Assembly: GCA_965262915.1 (NCBI GenBank)
Contig: OZ253564.1
Span: 2,880,001 to 2,944,000 of the forward strand
Length of the DNA: 64,000 bases
DNA from: Candidatus Spongiisociaceae bacterium
GTDB lineage: Bacteria > Actinomycetota > Acidimicrobiia > Spongiisociales > Spongiisociaceae
Reading direction: 5' to 3'
This document shows positions 1 through 13,510 of the stretch, one piece after another. Within the stretch, counting starts at the first letter, position 1. Each line of letters starts with the position of its first letter. The position numbers and the translations under genes are program-made. The notes under the pieces were generated by a model, which did no database searches, was not told the origin of the DNA, and saw only the letters and a list, made by a program, of their open reading frames with translations.

Positions 1-700
1 TCGAAACCGGTCTGGAACTTCTCGGCCACCACCATGACCCGGTACTCGTCGCCATCGAACCGGGTAGCGGTCTCCGAGGAGGGGAACCCGTTAGCCTTCG
101 ACTCGGTCAGACCCTCCACCTCGCCGGAGAACGCCACCAACACCCCAAGGTCGTACCCGTGGTTGTTGATGTGCTTGCGCAGCGCCTCCCACATGTGCAC
201 CGCGTGAGGCCGCGACGAGCAGACCACCATCGCCTTGGCCTTCCCAGCCATCCGATGGGCGATCTTGTCCAAGAAATGCTCGACGACGATCTCGGCCCTC
301 TGCGCCAGGTTCACATCATGCAGATTGATGAAACGGGCAAGCGCAGCACGAGCCTTCGCTGTCTCGTACCTGGGATCTTCCAGCAGCGTCTTCTCCAGAT
401 GGAGGTACCGGTTGTAGGTGAGGTAGTTGGCCAGCACATCCTCGATGAAACCCTCCTCGATGGCCTGGCGCATCGGATACAGATGGAAAGGATGATGCTT
501 ACCGTCGGGCCCTTGATTGCCGAACAGCTCCAGCGTCCGACCCTTCGGAGTAGCGGTGAACGCGAAGAACGACAGATTCGGCTGCCGACCCCGCGCTGCC
601 ACCGCCTCCGCCAGCAACGTCTCCACGTCGGTCGCGTCGTCAACGACATCGACTTCGGCTGTGCCCAGAACCCGGCGGAGTTCCTTGGCTGCCTCACCGG
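1..700 (-). pseudogene. hsdR: Type I restriction enzyme R subunit, 5'-truncated; runs off window edge
   Basis: Manual minus-strand translation gives GRQPNLSFFAFTATPK, MRQAIEEGFIEDVLANY, KAMVVCSSR and RVMVVAEKFQTGFD. The frame begins abruptly (GEAAKEL) beside IS30 with no start codon. Confidence 0.85.
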
Positions 701-714
701 GGTGACCGTAGTAA

Positions 715-3163
<2,449 letters not shown>

Positions 3164-3185
3164 GCGCTAGAGAAGGAAGAACTGT

Positions 3186-4358
3186 ATGGAATTGGGCGGT
3201 TCCGCTATGACATGGATGGAGAGGGTCACCGTGGCCGAGAGCCCGGTCGATCCCGAGTTGCTGACCCCGTTGGCCGACGACACGGACATCACGGTACGAG
3301 CCGAGGTGGCTGGCAACGACAACACCAGCCCCGAAACGTTGACCCGTCTCGCTACCGACCTCGAACCCGAGGTGAGGGGCAGAGTCGCGGGCAATCCCCG
3401 CACCCCGCCCGACGTGTTGGCCCACCTGGCCGAGGATGCGCAGGCTCGGGTCCGTGGGGGGGTGGGATGGAACCCGAACTGCCCGCCGGGGTTGTTGAAC
3501 AGCTTGGCGTCGGATCCCGACGACAAAGTACGGACAGCGGTAGCCGCCCACCCGGCAACACCGGTGGCCACCTTGGCTGCTCTGTCCACCGACCCCTCCT
3601 GGCGGGTTCGCGGGGAGTTGGCTTCCAACGCCAACTCCGACACAGACCTGCGGGAACTGGCGGAGGACCCGTTGGTGCGGGAAGGCGCAGCGTGGAACCC
3701 GAACTGCCCACCCACCCTGTTAGCCGACCTGGCAGCCGACGCCGATCCCGACGTGCGCTACGCCACCGCGTGTAACCCCAACACCCCCACCGATGATCTC
3801 CGCGAACTGGCTGCCGACCCCGACGAGGAAGTACGTGAGGGAGCTGCCCACAACCCCAACATTCCTGTGAGGACGCTCCTGTCCCTTTCCGAGGATCCCA
3901 GCGGAGCCGTACGCCGCGAAGCCGCCACAAACCCCCGCATGCCACCCGACGTGCTAGCACGTCTCGCTCAGGACGAACAGGCACAACCCGGAGTGGCCAC
4001 AAACCCCAACACCCCAGCCGACATCCTGACGTATCTAGCAGAGGCCGGCAACAACTGGGCCCGTAACCGACTCCTGGACAATCCCGCCACCCCACCCGGC
4101 GCCCTAGCCGTCCTCGCCTACGACACCGAACTGCTCACCTGCACAGGCGGCGCCGCCGCCCACCCAACAGCAACCCCACAGTTGCTCACCGAACTCGCCG
4201 ACAGCAACAACCATTGGACACGACGCGCAGTCGCCCAACACCCCAACACCCCACCACAAGTACTCGAACAGCTCACCACCGACCCAGACCCCTCAGTACA
4301 ATGGGCCGCCACCACCAACCGCAAAGCATGCGCTGAACCCACCACCCGGCCGCGCTAG
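3186..4358 (+). CDS. Variant leucine-rich (LRV)/HEAT-like repeat protein
   Basis: Many ~24-aa units of the form LAxDPDxxVRxxVAxNPNTP. Confidence 0.8.
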   Translation: MELGGSAMTWMERVTVAESPVDPELLTPLADDTDITVRAEVAGNDNTSPETLTRLATDLEPEVRGRVAGNPRTPPDVLAHLAEDAQARVRGGVGWNPNCPPGLLNSLASDPDDKVRTAVAAHPATPVATLAALSTDPSWRVRGELASNANSDTDLRELAEDPLVREGAAWNPNCPPTLLADLAADADPDVRYATACNPNTPTDDLRELAADPDEEVREGAAHNPNIPVRTLLSLSEDPSGAVRREAATNPRMPPDVLARLAQDEQAQPGVATNPNTPADILTYLAEAGNNWARNRLLDNPATPPGALAVLAYDTELLTCTGGAAAHPTATPQLLTELADSNNHWTRRAVAQHPNTPPQVLEQLTTDPDPSVQWAATTNRKACAEPTTRPR

Positions 4359-4413
4359 CCAACATCCCCGCCGCCCACAACTCGGCTACATACGCGAGTA
4401 CCTCAGGCCAATA

Positions 4414-4496
4414 TGGAGTTCCCCCCGGTGGCCGGACATTCCCACAGTGAGCGCGTTTGGTCTCCGACAATGGGACTGCGCTCTGGGAAGGAGTCC
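4414..4496 (+). mobile_element. Orphan left end of IS3-family element B
   Basis: Near-identical to 6918-7000 (TGGAGTTCCCCCCGGTGG...GGAAGGAGTCC). Confidence 0.8.
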
Positions 4497-4956
4497 GCCT
4501 AGTGGAGATGCCCCGCACATAGGCCTCGGTCACGACCTGCACGAACGCCCGCTCCGACCGTGTCCGAGCATCCAGGAGCCACTCGGGGAAGTACGAACCC
4601 CGCCGCAGTTTCGGGATACGCAACTCGATCGAACCCACCCGGGTGTCCCACCGGCGCCTCCGGTACCCGTTACGACGACACACCCGCTCCGGACTCTGCT
4701 GCCCCCAAGGCGCCCCGCAGACCACATCCGCCTCAGCAGACATAAGCCCCTGAGCCAAGCTACGCACCATCTCCCCCAACAGATCATTGCCTTCTACCTC
4801 AAGCTGGTTGCGCAAAGCACACCAACTCGTCCATCCTTGTGTCGACCACCGCGTACCTCCTCACGGTCGAGTTACCAATATCCGTGAGGCTGACGCGGTG
4901 GTCACCTAAATCAAAGGACCCTCACCCCCCCGTACACCACAAGAATGGACTCCACT
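4497..4956 (-). mobile_element. IS256-family 5' fragment
   Basis: RNGYRRRRWDTRVGSIELRIPKLRRGSYFP...EAYVRGISTRR. End motif TACACCACAAGAATGGAC at ~4933. Confidence 0.85.
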
Positions 4957-4960
4957 TCCC

Positions 4961-4984
4961 GGGGGGGGGGGGGGGGGGGGGGGG
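4961..4984. repeat. G24 homopolymer
   Basis: 24 consecutive G, seen directly. Confidence 0.9.
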
Positions 4985-4989
4985 CCTCT

Positions 4990-6042
4990 CTAGTTGTGTT
5001 CGGTGCCGCCGCGTCGTAGCAGATACGCCGGGTTCACATATTTGACGATTACCCGACCCGCGCCGCTGGCGGTGCGGGTCTCGACCGGACGGACTACCAC
5101 CCCCTCGCGGAGGCCGCCGAAGCTTGACGGCGCCGCCGCCAGCCGCAGCATCAGGTCATGGTCGAAGGGGACGCTGTCCTCCACGACTGGTACCGACGGA
5201 ACACTCAGGTCGGCTAGCAGCGTCTGCGTCTGTTCCGGGTTGAGCGTGTCGTAGCCAACTTTGGCGTCGAATGCCATGAACGTCGGACGCTGCTGCCCGT
5301 AGGTGAGGTCCTGCACCTTCGGGCCGACGATTTCACCGAGCAGTTGAAGCCTCCGCCCATGCGTTTCTGCCCATCCGACGATACGGTCGGCGTGTCCATG
5401 CCACGCCCGCACATACAGGTTGCCGGTGTTCTCTTCGGCGTCGGGCACGAACCGGGCTTTGCCAGCCATCCGTTTCGACGCCGCTACCGAACCCTGATAG
5501 GGGTCGTATCCGAGCAGGCAGAACGTGCCGTGAAGCTTCTCGGTGACCTGCACCCGCTCCCCCAGCGCGAACAGGTCCGGATATTTCTGCCACGAATCGA
5601 CGTCGAACCCTGACGGCCACGAACACGGTTCGGCGACGCCGTCCAACCGCGGCGGGATCGGAGGTTCCCATTTGACGATCCCCAACGCCTCCGCCAGGTC
5701 GTCTCCCAGCTCCGGCGGGTTCCGGAACGTGGGAAGGTGCGGCGACCCGAGCGGTACTACAAGCCCTTGCGACACCACTCCCCGCAGCCGAACCACTTTG
5801 ACACGGTCCCTGCCTTTACCGGCGAGCCTGCCCGTCAGGCCCATCTCTTCGATGAGACTGCCCGGCAGAACGGACGCTTCGGGCACGTAAACGGCCCGGT
5901 CGCCGGTTGACCAAACACCTTTCCCGACGACCATCTGATAGCCGCCGTGGCCGGCTATTTCGAGACGATCGGCGTCAGGATGGTCGCGGACGGTCAGCTC
6001 CACTACCGGACAGACGGTACGCGACGTCGCGGATACAGACAT
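4990..6042 (-). CDS. ATP-dependent RNA ligase, DRB0094 (Rnl5-like) family
   Basis: N-terminal OB-like HPDADRLE...VRLRGVVSQGL. Motif I TEKLHGT, then GEIVG, FMAFD, REGVVVRP and KYVNPAYL. Confidence 0.9.
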   Translation of the reverse strand: MSVSATSRTVCPVVELTVRDHPDADRLEIAGHGGYQMVVGKGVWSTGDRAVYVPEASVLPGSLIEEMGLTGRLAGKGRDRVKVVRLRGVVSQGLVVPLGSPHLPTFRNPPELGDDLAEALGIVKWEPPIPPRLDGVAEPCSWPSGFDVDSWQKYPDLFALGERVQVTEKLHGTFCLLGYDPYQGSVAASKRMAGKARFVPDAEENTGNLYVRAWHGHADRIVGWAETHGRRLQLLGEIVGPKVQDLTYGQQRPTFMAFDAKVGYDTLNPEQTQTLLADLSVPSVPVVEDSVPFDHDLMLRLAAAPSSFGGLREGVVVRPVETRTASGAGRVIVKYVNPAYLLRRGGTEHN

Positions 6043-6331
6043 TTGCAGATAGCCTCGCTAACCCTCTTATCGCCTATTGGAGTCCCCCCCTCTGCAGGGT
6101 CTAGGGGTGGTTGACCGGGTTGAGGGTTTGAGCATAGGCCCCAGGAGGGCGTTGGTAGATGCTCTTAGACCCAGATAGAGGTCCTAATGGAAGCGTGGGA
6201 CATCCTAGTGCATAAACCGGGCCGACAACGTACGAATATGCGACGGCTAGCGATAGAGCGCGGTGGTCGAGTACGGGCCGTAAGGAAAGGACTAGCCATC
6301 CGTTGCAGTCCCGGGTCGGGAGTCGTGACCC

Positions 6332-6547
6332 TTATTGTGCGTTGTCGTCATTGTGCTGTTCCAGTAGTTCTGTGCGGAGTTCGGACAGGGTTCGGCCGTC
6401 GCGTAACTTCCAGGTCTTCCAGCCGTTGGCGGCGGCGATGCTGGCGGCCTCTCGGGCTGCCAGCGAGGGTGACGAATAGGTTCTGTCGTCGTTGAGGCGG
6501 ATTGCACCGTTGCTGAGAACCCGCGCTTTGTAGGTTTTGCCGATCGG
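6332..6547 (-). pseudogene. RAMA/DUF4357-like domain remnant (not in ORF track)
   Basis: Manual translation GKTYKARVLSNGAIRLNDDRTYSSPSLAAREAASIAANGWKTWKLRDGRTLSELR...stop. No canonical start. Confidence 0.65.
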
Positions 6548-6665
6548 CAGCGTCGTGGGCCCTACCGTTCTCGGCAGGGATAGGGGTCCGGTATCGCTAC
6601 TTAAGGAGTCCCCTTCCGGGCCGACCCGCCAACAAGGCTCCCTTCTCTACCCGGGGGGTGAAACG

Positions 6666-6917
6666 GGCTCTTCGGATTTCACGGGGGAGTGACCGATGGG
6701 AGTAGGCCCCAGTTCGGCTTCCCGGCGTAGAGGAGAGCGCGTATTCGGTAGTTCGCGAAGTTGCGGAACCCGAACGCTGCCCGCTCGACGCGTTTGATGA
6801 GGTTGTTGAGGGCTTCGGTGGGTCCGTTGGTCACCTTGGAGATGTGCCAGTTGGTGATCTGGGGGGTCCAGCGGGCGATGGTTCTGCCCAGTTTGTGGAT
6901 CACGGGTGGGCAGGATT
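6666..6917 (-). mobile_element. ISL3-family 3' fragment
   Basis: IR GGCTCTTCGGA. TNGPTEALNNLIKRVERAAFGFRNFANYRIR is nearly identical to the ISL3 at 49700-51132. Confidence 0.9.
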
Positions 6918-9667
6918 TGGAGTTCCCCCCGGTGGACGGACATTCCCACAGTGAGCGCGTTTGGTCTCCGACAGTGGGACTGCGCTCTGGGAAGGAGTCC
7001 TGTTGGGAGGGAAACGACCGAGAAGAAGGTTCTCGGATGAGTTCAAACGAGGATGGGGTGGAGATCGTCCGCACGTCGGGCAAGCCGATCCGCCAGGTCG
7101 CCAACGAGTTGGGTATCTACGACTCGACCCTTGGCAACTGGGTGCGCCAGGACGAGATCAACCGGGGAGAGCGGGAAGGGCTGAGCAGCGATGAGCGGGA
7201 ACGGCTCCGCGAACTCGAGCGGGAGAACGCCCGGCTGCGGATGGAGCGTGAGCTCGAAAAGACGAGCTGTGGCCTTCTGGGTGAGGGAGTCGAAGGTGTG
7301 ACGCTGTATCGCTTCGTCGATGCCCAGAGGGCCGAAGGGTTCCCGGTGAGGCTGATCTGTTCGGTCGTGGGGGTTTCCCCCTCGGCTTACTACGCCCACA
7401 AGCAGCGGCCCCAGCCGAGTCCGGTCCAGCTGGCCGAGGCTGCCCTGGTCGCCGAGATCCGGTCTATATGGGCTGAGTCGGCCGGGACTTATGGTTCGCC
7501 CAGGGTGTCCGCCGAGCTGCGTAGGCGGGGTCGGGTGGTGAACCACAAGCGGGTGGAACGGCTCATGAAGTGCCATGATATGGCAGGTTTCGTTCCCCGC
7601 AAGAGGCGTGTCACGACCACAGCGGACAGCGCTCATCGGCTCCCTGACCTGCTGGAGGGCGACTTCGGAGCCGCCCGCCCGGATACGGCATGGGTAGGCG
7701 ATATCAGCTACATCAGAACCCGCCAAGGATTCCTCTACCTGGCGTTCGTCCTGGACCTGGCGTCGCGCCGCGTAGTCGGGATCTCAATGGCCCCACACCT
7801 CAAAGCATCACTCGCCACCGACGCGCTGCGCGAAGCCATCGCCACCCGAGGCGGCCAGATACGGGACGTGATCTTCCACACTGACCGCGGTTCCCAAGGC
7901 GGATTCAATTGGTGGTCGCAGCACCTACGAGTGAAGGAGGTTTGTGATGAGAGCAAGGAAGGTTCGTCGGTCGGATCGTGCGTTGAGGCCTGCGATGCGG
8001 TCGCCTGGTCGACCCCCGGGTTGGCGGCGTGAGCATCAGGAACGGTTTTGGGAAGGGATCGCTGGTGGGTTGTCGAGCGAGCAGGCCGGTGTGGCGGCTG
8101 GTGTGTCGCCCGCGGTTGGTTCGCGTTGGTTCCGCGAGAATGGTGGTATGGCACCTTTTTCTTTCGTCCCTGTTTCGGGACGCTATTTATCTTTTGTGGA
8201 GCGAGAAGAGATCGCGGTTCTCCACGCCCGCCAGTGTGGGGTGCGTGAGATCGCCCGCCGCCTGGGTCGGTGTGCGTCGACGATCTCTCGTGAGTTGCGC
8301 CGCAACGCTGCTACTCGTGGCGGAGGCCTGGAGTATCGGGCCACGACCGCGCAGTGGCATTCGGATCGGCGCGCCAGCCGCCCGAAGGTTTCCAAACTGG
8401 CCTCGAACGACGCCCTGCGTGAGTATGTGCAAGATCGTCTCGGCGGTGTTATCGCCCGCCCCGACGGCGAGCTGGTACCAGGCCCTCAGGTGCGTTGGGT
8501 GGGTCGTCGTCATGGGCCCCGAAAGGATCGTCGGTGGGCGACATCGTGGAGCCCCGAGCAGATCTCGGGGCGGCTCCGGGTCGATTTCCCCCATAATGAG
8601 TCCATGCGAATCTCTCACGAGGCGATCTACCAGGCGGCCTATGTGCAAGGCAGGGGTGCGCTCAAACGGGAACTGGTGGCGTGTCTGCGCACCGGGCGAG
8701 CGTTGCGGGTGCCGCGGGCACGGACCCGCCAGCGGGGCCGCAGCTTCGTCAGCCCCGAGATCATGATCAGCCAACGCCCCGCCGAAGCCGACGACCGGGC
8801 AGTGCCAGGACATTGGGAGGGCGACCTGATCCTGGGACTGCACAGCTCCGCGATCGGGACGCTGGTTGAACGCACCACGCGGTTCACGATGCTGTTACAC
8901 CTTCCACCCATGGCTGGCCACCGAAAACAGCAACGGGTCCACAACGGACCCCCTCTTGCCGGCCACGGCGCCCAAGCAGTCCGAGACGCCATCGCAGAGT
9001 CGATCACCACCCTGCCCCAACAGCTCCGCCGCTCCCTGACCTGGGACCAAGGCGCCGAAATGGCCCAACACGCTCAACTCCGCGTAGATGCCGACCTCGA
9101 CGTCTACTTCTGCGACCCGCAGTCACCATGGCAGCGTGGAACCAACGAGAACACCAACGGTCTCCTCCGTCAATACTTCCCCAAAGGCACCGACCTCACC
9201 AGACACTCAAGAGGCGACTTGGACGCCGTCGCTGCAGCCCTCAACGGTCGACCCCGCAAAACTCTCGGCTACAGGACCCCAGCCGAGGCCCTCACCGAAC
9301 ACCTAGACTCCCTCAAACAAGGCACTGTTGCAACGACCCCTTGAACCTGGTCAATACACCTCCGAAGCCACAGCCCGGCTCAGTAAGGCTTATGGCATCC
9401 GCCAATCCGTGGGCCGGACCGGGGTGTGCTGGGACAACGCCGCCGCCGAGTCGTTCCTCGGCACCCTCAAAAAGGAACTCGTCAACCGGGCCGACTACCA
9501 CAACCGGCACCAGGCCCGCCTGTCAATCCGTTGGTGGATCGAAGCCTGGTACAACCCCCGCCGGCTTCACTTCACCATCGGACAGCAGCCACCAAACGAA
9601 TGGGAGGACAACTACTACCATCACACGGCCGCATAAACCGAGTGTCCAGCACACGGGGGGAACTCCA
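6918..9667 (+). mobile_element. IS3-family element B, interrupted by IS30 copy 2
   Basis: IRs TGGAGTTCCCCCC...GGGGGGAACTCCA. Motifs YGSPRV, WVGDISYI, HTDRGSQ|YTS and CWDNAAAESF. Confidence 0.9.
7898..9351 (+). mobile_element. IS30-family insertion sequence, copy 2 (transposase 7944-9344), CAA target duplication
   Basis: Near-identical to copy 1. Flanked by CAA at 7895-7897 and 9352-9354 when compared with the uninterrupted IS3-B copy near 16980. Confidence 0.93.
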
Positions 9668-9908
9668 ACATATGGAGCTTCGGGGATCGCGCACTCGGCA
9701 GCCATTGCCCAACGTCACCCAGGTCGCATACGCCGCTGGTTGGGACCATCAGCGCGGTTCACAGACGGCCACCTCATCGCTAACACGAAGTGTCCGCCCC
9801 GTGGATTGGGAACAGGAGGGGCCTCAAGGTGATCATTGAGACCGTTAACTCTTGGCGTCGCGCATACAGGGCGTCAACCAGATTCGGGAGGCGGAGACGG
9901 CTAGGCCG

Positions 9909-11771
9909 TCAGTGGTGCTCTCTTAGGTAGCGCACGATTTCCATCATCGCTTTGCAGTCGACCTCGTTGTAGTCGCGTATCTGCTGCATCAGGTCCAGGT
10001 CGATGAGCCGGCCGGCGCGGCCCTCGTCGATCTGGTTTTGGCACCACCACGCCCCGACCATGGCTCCGAGACCGTCCGCGGGTCCGGTCCGCCAGCGGGT
10101 TTGGACTAGGCCTTGTGCGTGGAGGGCGTTCGTGATTGCCTTGAGGCCGAAGCCGTGCGCTCCGCGTACCGCTACCGGCTCTTGCCTCACAACGTGTTTG
10201 AGGAAGTCGAACCACCGAGGTGTGGGCCAGCGTCTGCCCCGGCTCCCGTGCCGCTTGACCGCCGCGTTGTACGCTTTCTCCAGAGAAGACACCTCATGGT
10301 CCGACCAGTGGATCACACGGGGACGCGACCCCGGGTCAAGCCGCTCTTGGACTTCGGCCATGTGGTCGAGCCACTGCTCGATCGCCGTCGCCTCTGCAGG
10401 CTCGCTGAGCTGCTCGGCGACGAAACACTTGAACTGCCAATGGCCGTTCTCGACGTGTCCACAGCCGATCATGAACACCAACGGGAGCCCGCCCCTGGCA
10501 GGTATAGCGGAGAAGTCGTCGTCGAGGTCGCTCACCGTCTCGAAATCGACGTAGAACTCAACAGACGGTCTGTCGATCCACTCCGAGCGGGCAGCACCGA
10601 CCCGAGCCGGCCGCACCCCAGGTCCCGGTGTGCGGTTCACGTCCAGCAGCGCCCCAAGCCTCACGGCTGTCAGAGTGCCCGTCACACCAAGCGAACGGGG
10701 TGTGACCCCCATGTCACGCCAGTCGCTAAGCCCCCTCGCGTTTGCCTCGTCCCGGGCCTGAACACCCATACCGTACAGCGCGGTCAGGTCGCCTCCTTCG
10801 GCCGCGATACGCTTCACAGCATCCGCCCACACCCCGGCGTCGCCCCCAGCATTGGGACGCAATTCGTCCACCGACGGCAAAGGCAGCACATCCCAACTCT
10901 CCCCGTGGCGGCGCAGACGGCGCAGCCAGTCGGCAGCGTCGTCGGCCCACCCGCTCAAAGGCAGCCCGGAAACTACCTCGTCGTGGTCGATGCCTCCGAG
11001 ACGATCCAGGCAGTCACCGACTCTGGTAGTGGCGCCCCGAACGGTCTGCGTCCAGCCCCGCCCCAACAAGAACATCCTCGGCGGGAGGTAACCCTGCAGA
11101 CGGGCCAACGCCCGGTTGTAGATGTGCAACTGTGTCATGTACGCGAGGCTCGAACCCGAACTCAGAACCCTGCCCCTCGCGGACAGACGCAACGTCGTGT
11201 ACTTGATGTCGACAACTACATAATGGGCGCCGATATCCAGATCCGGCGCGGCCACAGCAACCTCCCCAGGCTCTAACGCACCGGGAAACAACTGTGCCAA
11301 CACGTCGCTGCGCACCAACAGATCCGGCAGCCCATAAGTGCGATGCTCAGGATCGTGCAACACTCCCTGGTCAATGATCGCTACACCCTCCGCCATCGCA
11401 TCCCAAGTTGCTAGAGCAAGACCGACGTCGCGGGCGGTACCCCGCTCAGGATCCCGACCGCTGACCGCCCGGACCTCGGCCACACCCAGGCTCCGCAAGT
11501 GCTCAACCACAGCCCGCTCAAACTCCGCACCCTTGCGGAAAATGAACCGCCCGAAGTCAGTGCGCTCATCAGGCTCACAGCACGCGAACCCCCTCGAGCT
11601 GCCATAGCGGTCAAGCCAATCCAGCAGCGGATCGCCAAGCACAAAGCTACGCGTCGACGACGCCGCCACCCACTCATCCCACTCCGAACCCGCCGAAGGA
11701 ACACACTCACGCCCGTTATCATCAACAACGATCTCGTCCCGACCCATGAGGCGACAATAACAACAAAACAC
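9909..11771 (-). CDS. TM0106-family RecB-like nuclease with C-terminal RNase H-like domain
   Basis: PD-(D/E)xK core PDLLVR...VVVDIKY...QLHIY. C-terminal VDFET, WFDFL, FGLKAI and YNEVDC. Confidence 0.8.
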   Translation of the reverse strand: MFCCYCRLMGRDEIVVDDNGRECVPSAGSEWDEWVAASSTRSFVLGDPLLDWLDRYGSSRGFACCEPDERTDFGRFIFRKGAEFERAVVEHLRSLGVAEVRAVSGRDPERGTARDVGLALATWDAMAEGVAIIDQGVLHDPEHRTYGLPDLLVRSDVLAQLFPGALEPGEVAVAAPDLDIGAHYVVVDIKYTTLRLSARGRVLSSGSSLAYMTQLHIYNRALARLQGYLPPRMFLLGRGWTQTVRGATTRVGDCLDRLGGIDHDEVVSGLPLSGWADDAADWLRRLRRHGESWDVLPLPSVDELRPNAGGDAGVWADAVKRIAAEGGDLTALYGMGVQARDEANARGLSDWRDMGVTPRSLGVTGTLTAVRLGALLDVNRTPGPGVRPARVGAARSEWIDRPSVEFYVDFETVSDLDDDFSAIPARGGLPLVFMIGCGHVENGHWQFKCFVAEQLSEPAEATAIEQWLDHMAEVQERLDPGSRPRVIHWSDHEVSSLEKAYNAAVKRHGSRGRRWPTPRWFDFLKHVVRQEPVAVRGAHGFGLKAITNALHAQGLVQTRWRTGPADGLGAMVGAWWCQNQIDEGRAGRLIDLDLMQQIRDYNEVDCKAMMEIVRYLREHH

Positions 11772-12640
11772 GCAGACGTATTAGTACAGGCACTCCACGC
11801 TCCACGCGTATCCGCCTCATACCTGCGGTAATCACGCAGCCTCCGATTGAATAACTGCCCCGACACGCGGTAGCAACCGCTCTGCCTAGCGTTTCGTAGC
11901 ATCGGTGACCAAAGGGCCACCGGTCGAGTATGTCAGAAGTGTTATCCGTCTCGGAGGATGAGGGTGTAGGCGTCGAGGAGGCGACGCCAGTCGTGGGCGG
12001 TGGGCATGCCGATGGTGAGCGGGGTGATCCAAGCATCGACGTAACCAACGTTCCCCCGAACCCGTCTGCGGAGCGTTAACTAACGGAACACAGGGGGCTG
12101 GAAGCCGTTTACGGGCCCGACGATCGGTCCCATGGCCCCAACACCCTACAGACGCCAGTTTGTGCACGGAAACGGCTACAAGATCGAGGCCGGGATGATC
12201 CGCTGTCGATCAGACCTCCCGGAAACAACAACTAGACCGGGTCACAGCTGCAACGGCCGACATTCGTATCACAGCCCCCGCAGGTGTAGGTTCCAATCTT
12301 GGGGCGCCCGCAACCGCAGACGTCAAGAAGGTTGGCCATTGGTCCACTCCCATCGCGTCGGATTGTGACCAACAATAGCGAACTACGGTGTTGCAGGTCA
12401 GTCTGAGAGACTTTTCTGGGTAGAGTCCACATACAGGCCGTGCTGACTATGGCCTGGACCTGCTCGATTCGCTAAGACGCTGGCCCGTGACCACCGTCCC
12501 CAGGGTGTGGGGGAACTCGAGGACATCCGACCGTTGTGATCGACCATCCGGCGGGCGAAGGACGAAATGTGGGACTCATCCTGGGCTGTTGGCTGTCAGC
12601 CCAGGTCAGACCGCCCGCAGTAACGGACTGGCACTCCGCT

Positions 12641-12897
12641 GTTAGGCATCTTCCCCACCCGAGCATCGATCATCCGACTCGCCAGCGCCATCCTCGCTGA
12701 GCAACATGATGAATGGGCCATCTGTCGCCGTTACATGAGCCTCGACAGCTTGGCCCAGGCACGCATCCGGCTCCTCGAACCCGAACCCCAACAGCTAACC
12801 GAAGAGGTCGCACCCAGAACCCAAATCAGCTAGAACAGAACCCAACAACAGAGGCAACGCGGAAGCCCTCTCTTACACCACATCCCTGGACGTGACC
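12641..12897 (+). mobile_element. IS256-family 3' fragment
   Basis: Manual translation GIFPTRASIIRLASAILAEQHDEWAICRRYMS. End TACACCACATCCCTGGACGTGACC. Confidence 0.8.
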
Positions 12898-12994
12898 GTT
12901 TGTTCCAGCCGGAAACGCGAATCCCATCGAATGGCGCAACTCCCTTGGACCCGCAGAGACACCCGTCAGGCTTGGTCGGGCCGGCCCATATGAG

Positions 12995-13510
12995 TTAGGT
13001 GAATAGGGTTGCGATGGTGGATTTGGAGCGTTGTGGTAGTGGTTCGTTACCGAAGACGGACAGCGCGGTCTCCTCGACTTGTTCGGGGGTTGTGTATCCG
13101 AGGATGTCCACGAGCAGTTGCAGATCGGGAATGTCGGTGACCCGCGCTGCTCTGACTTTCATCGCCAGCATCCGTTCCGGCGACGCGGCGGTCACACGCA
13201 GGCCGGGATGATCGAACACGACCCTGCTGTGGACGTCGTCGCCTTTTGGCATGTAGGCGGTTGCCTGCTCGTTCAGCCACGAGGTGGGCAGCCCACGCCG
13301 GCGGGCGACCTCCTCCACTGCTCGGGTGACAGCGGTGTGGTTGTCGAGGATCAGAGCGTCGATGTCATGGGTGAACCGGTCGCTTCCATAGGCCATCGCC
13401 ATCGCAGCGCCCCCAACAATGTAGATACGTGCGGTCGTTCTGCGCGTACGGAGTAGTTCGGCCAGCACCTCGAGAGCCTCAACCAGTTCGCGGTGTCCCA
13501 TTGCAGGCAT
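12995..13510 (-). CDS. Nucleotidyltransferase (DUF6036/AbiEii-like), putative toxin
   Basis: IYIVGGAAM...RFTHDIDA, WLNEQA and LAMKVRAAR..D..DL. The ATG overlaps the upstream stop (TGATG). Confidence 0.75.
   Translation of the reverse strand: MPAMGHRELVEALEVLAELLRTRRTTARIYIVGGAAMAMAYGSDRFTHDIDALILDNHTAVTRAVEEVARRRGLPTSWLNEQATAYMPKGDDVHSRVVFDHPGLRVTAASPERMLAMKVRAARVTDIPDLQLLVDILGYTTPEQVEETALSVFGNEPLPQRSKSTIATLFT

Noticed and set aside
12460-12640. Possible IS110 non-coding end or structured RNA
   Set aside because: No adjacent IS110 transposase and no recognisable motif to support it.
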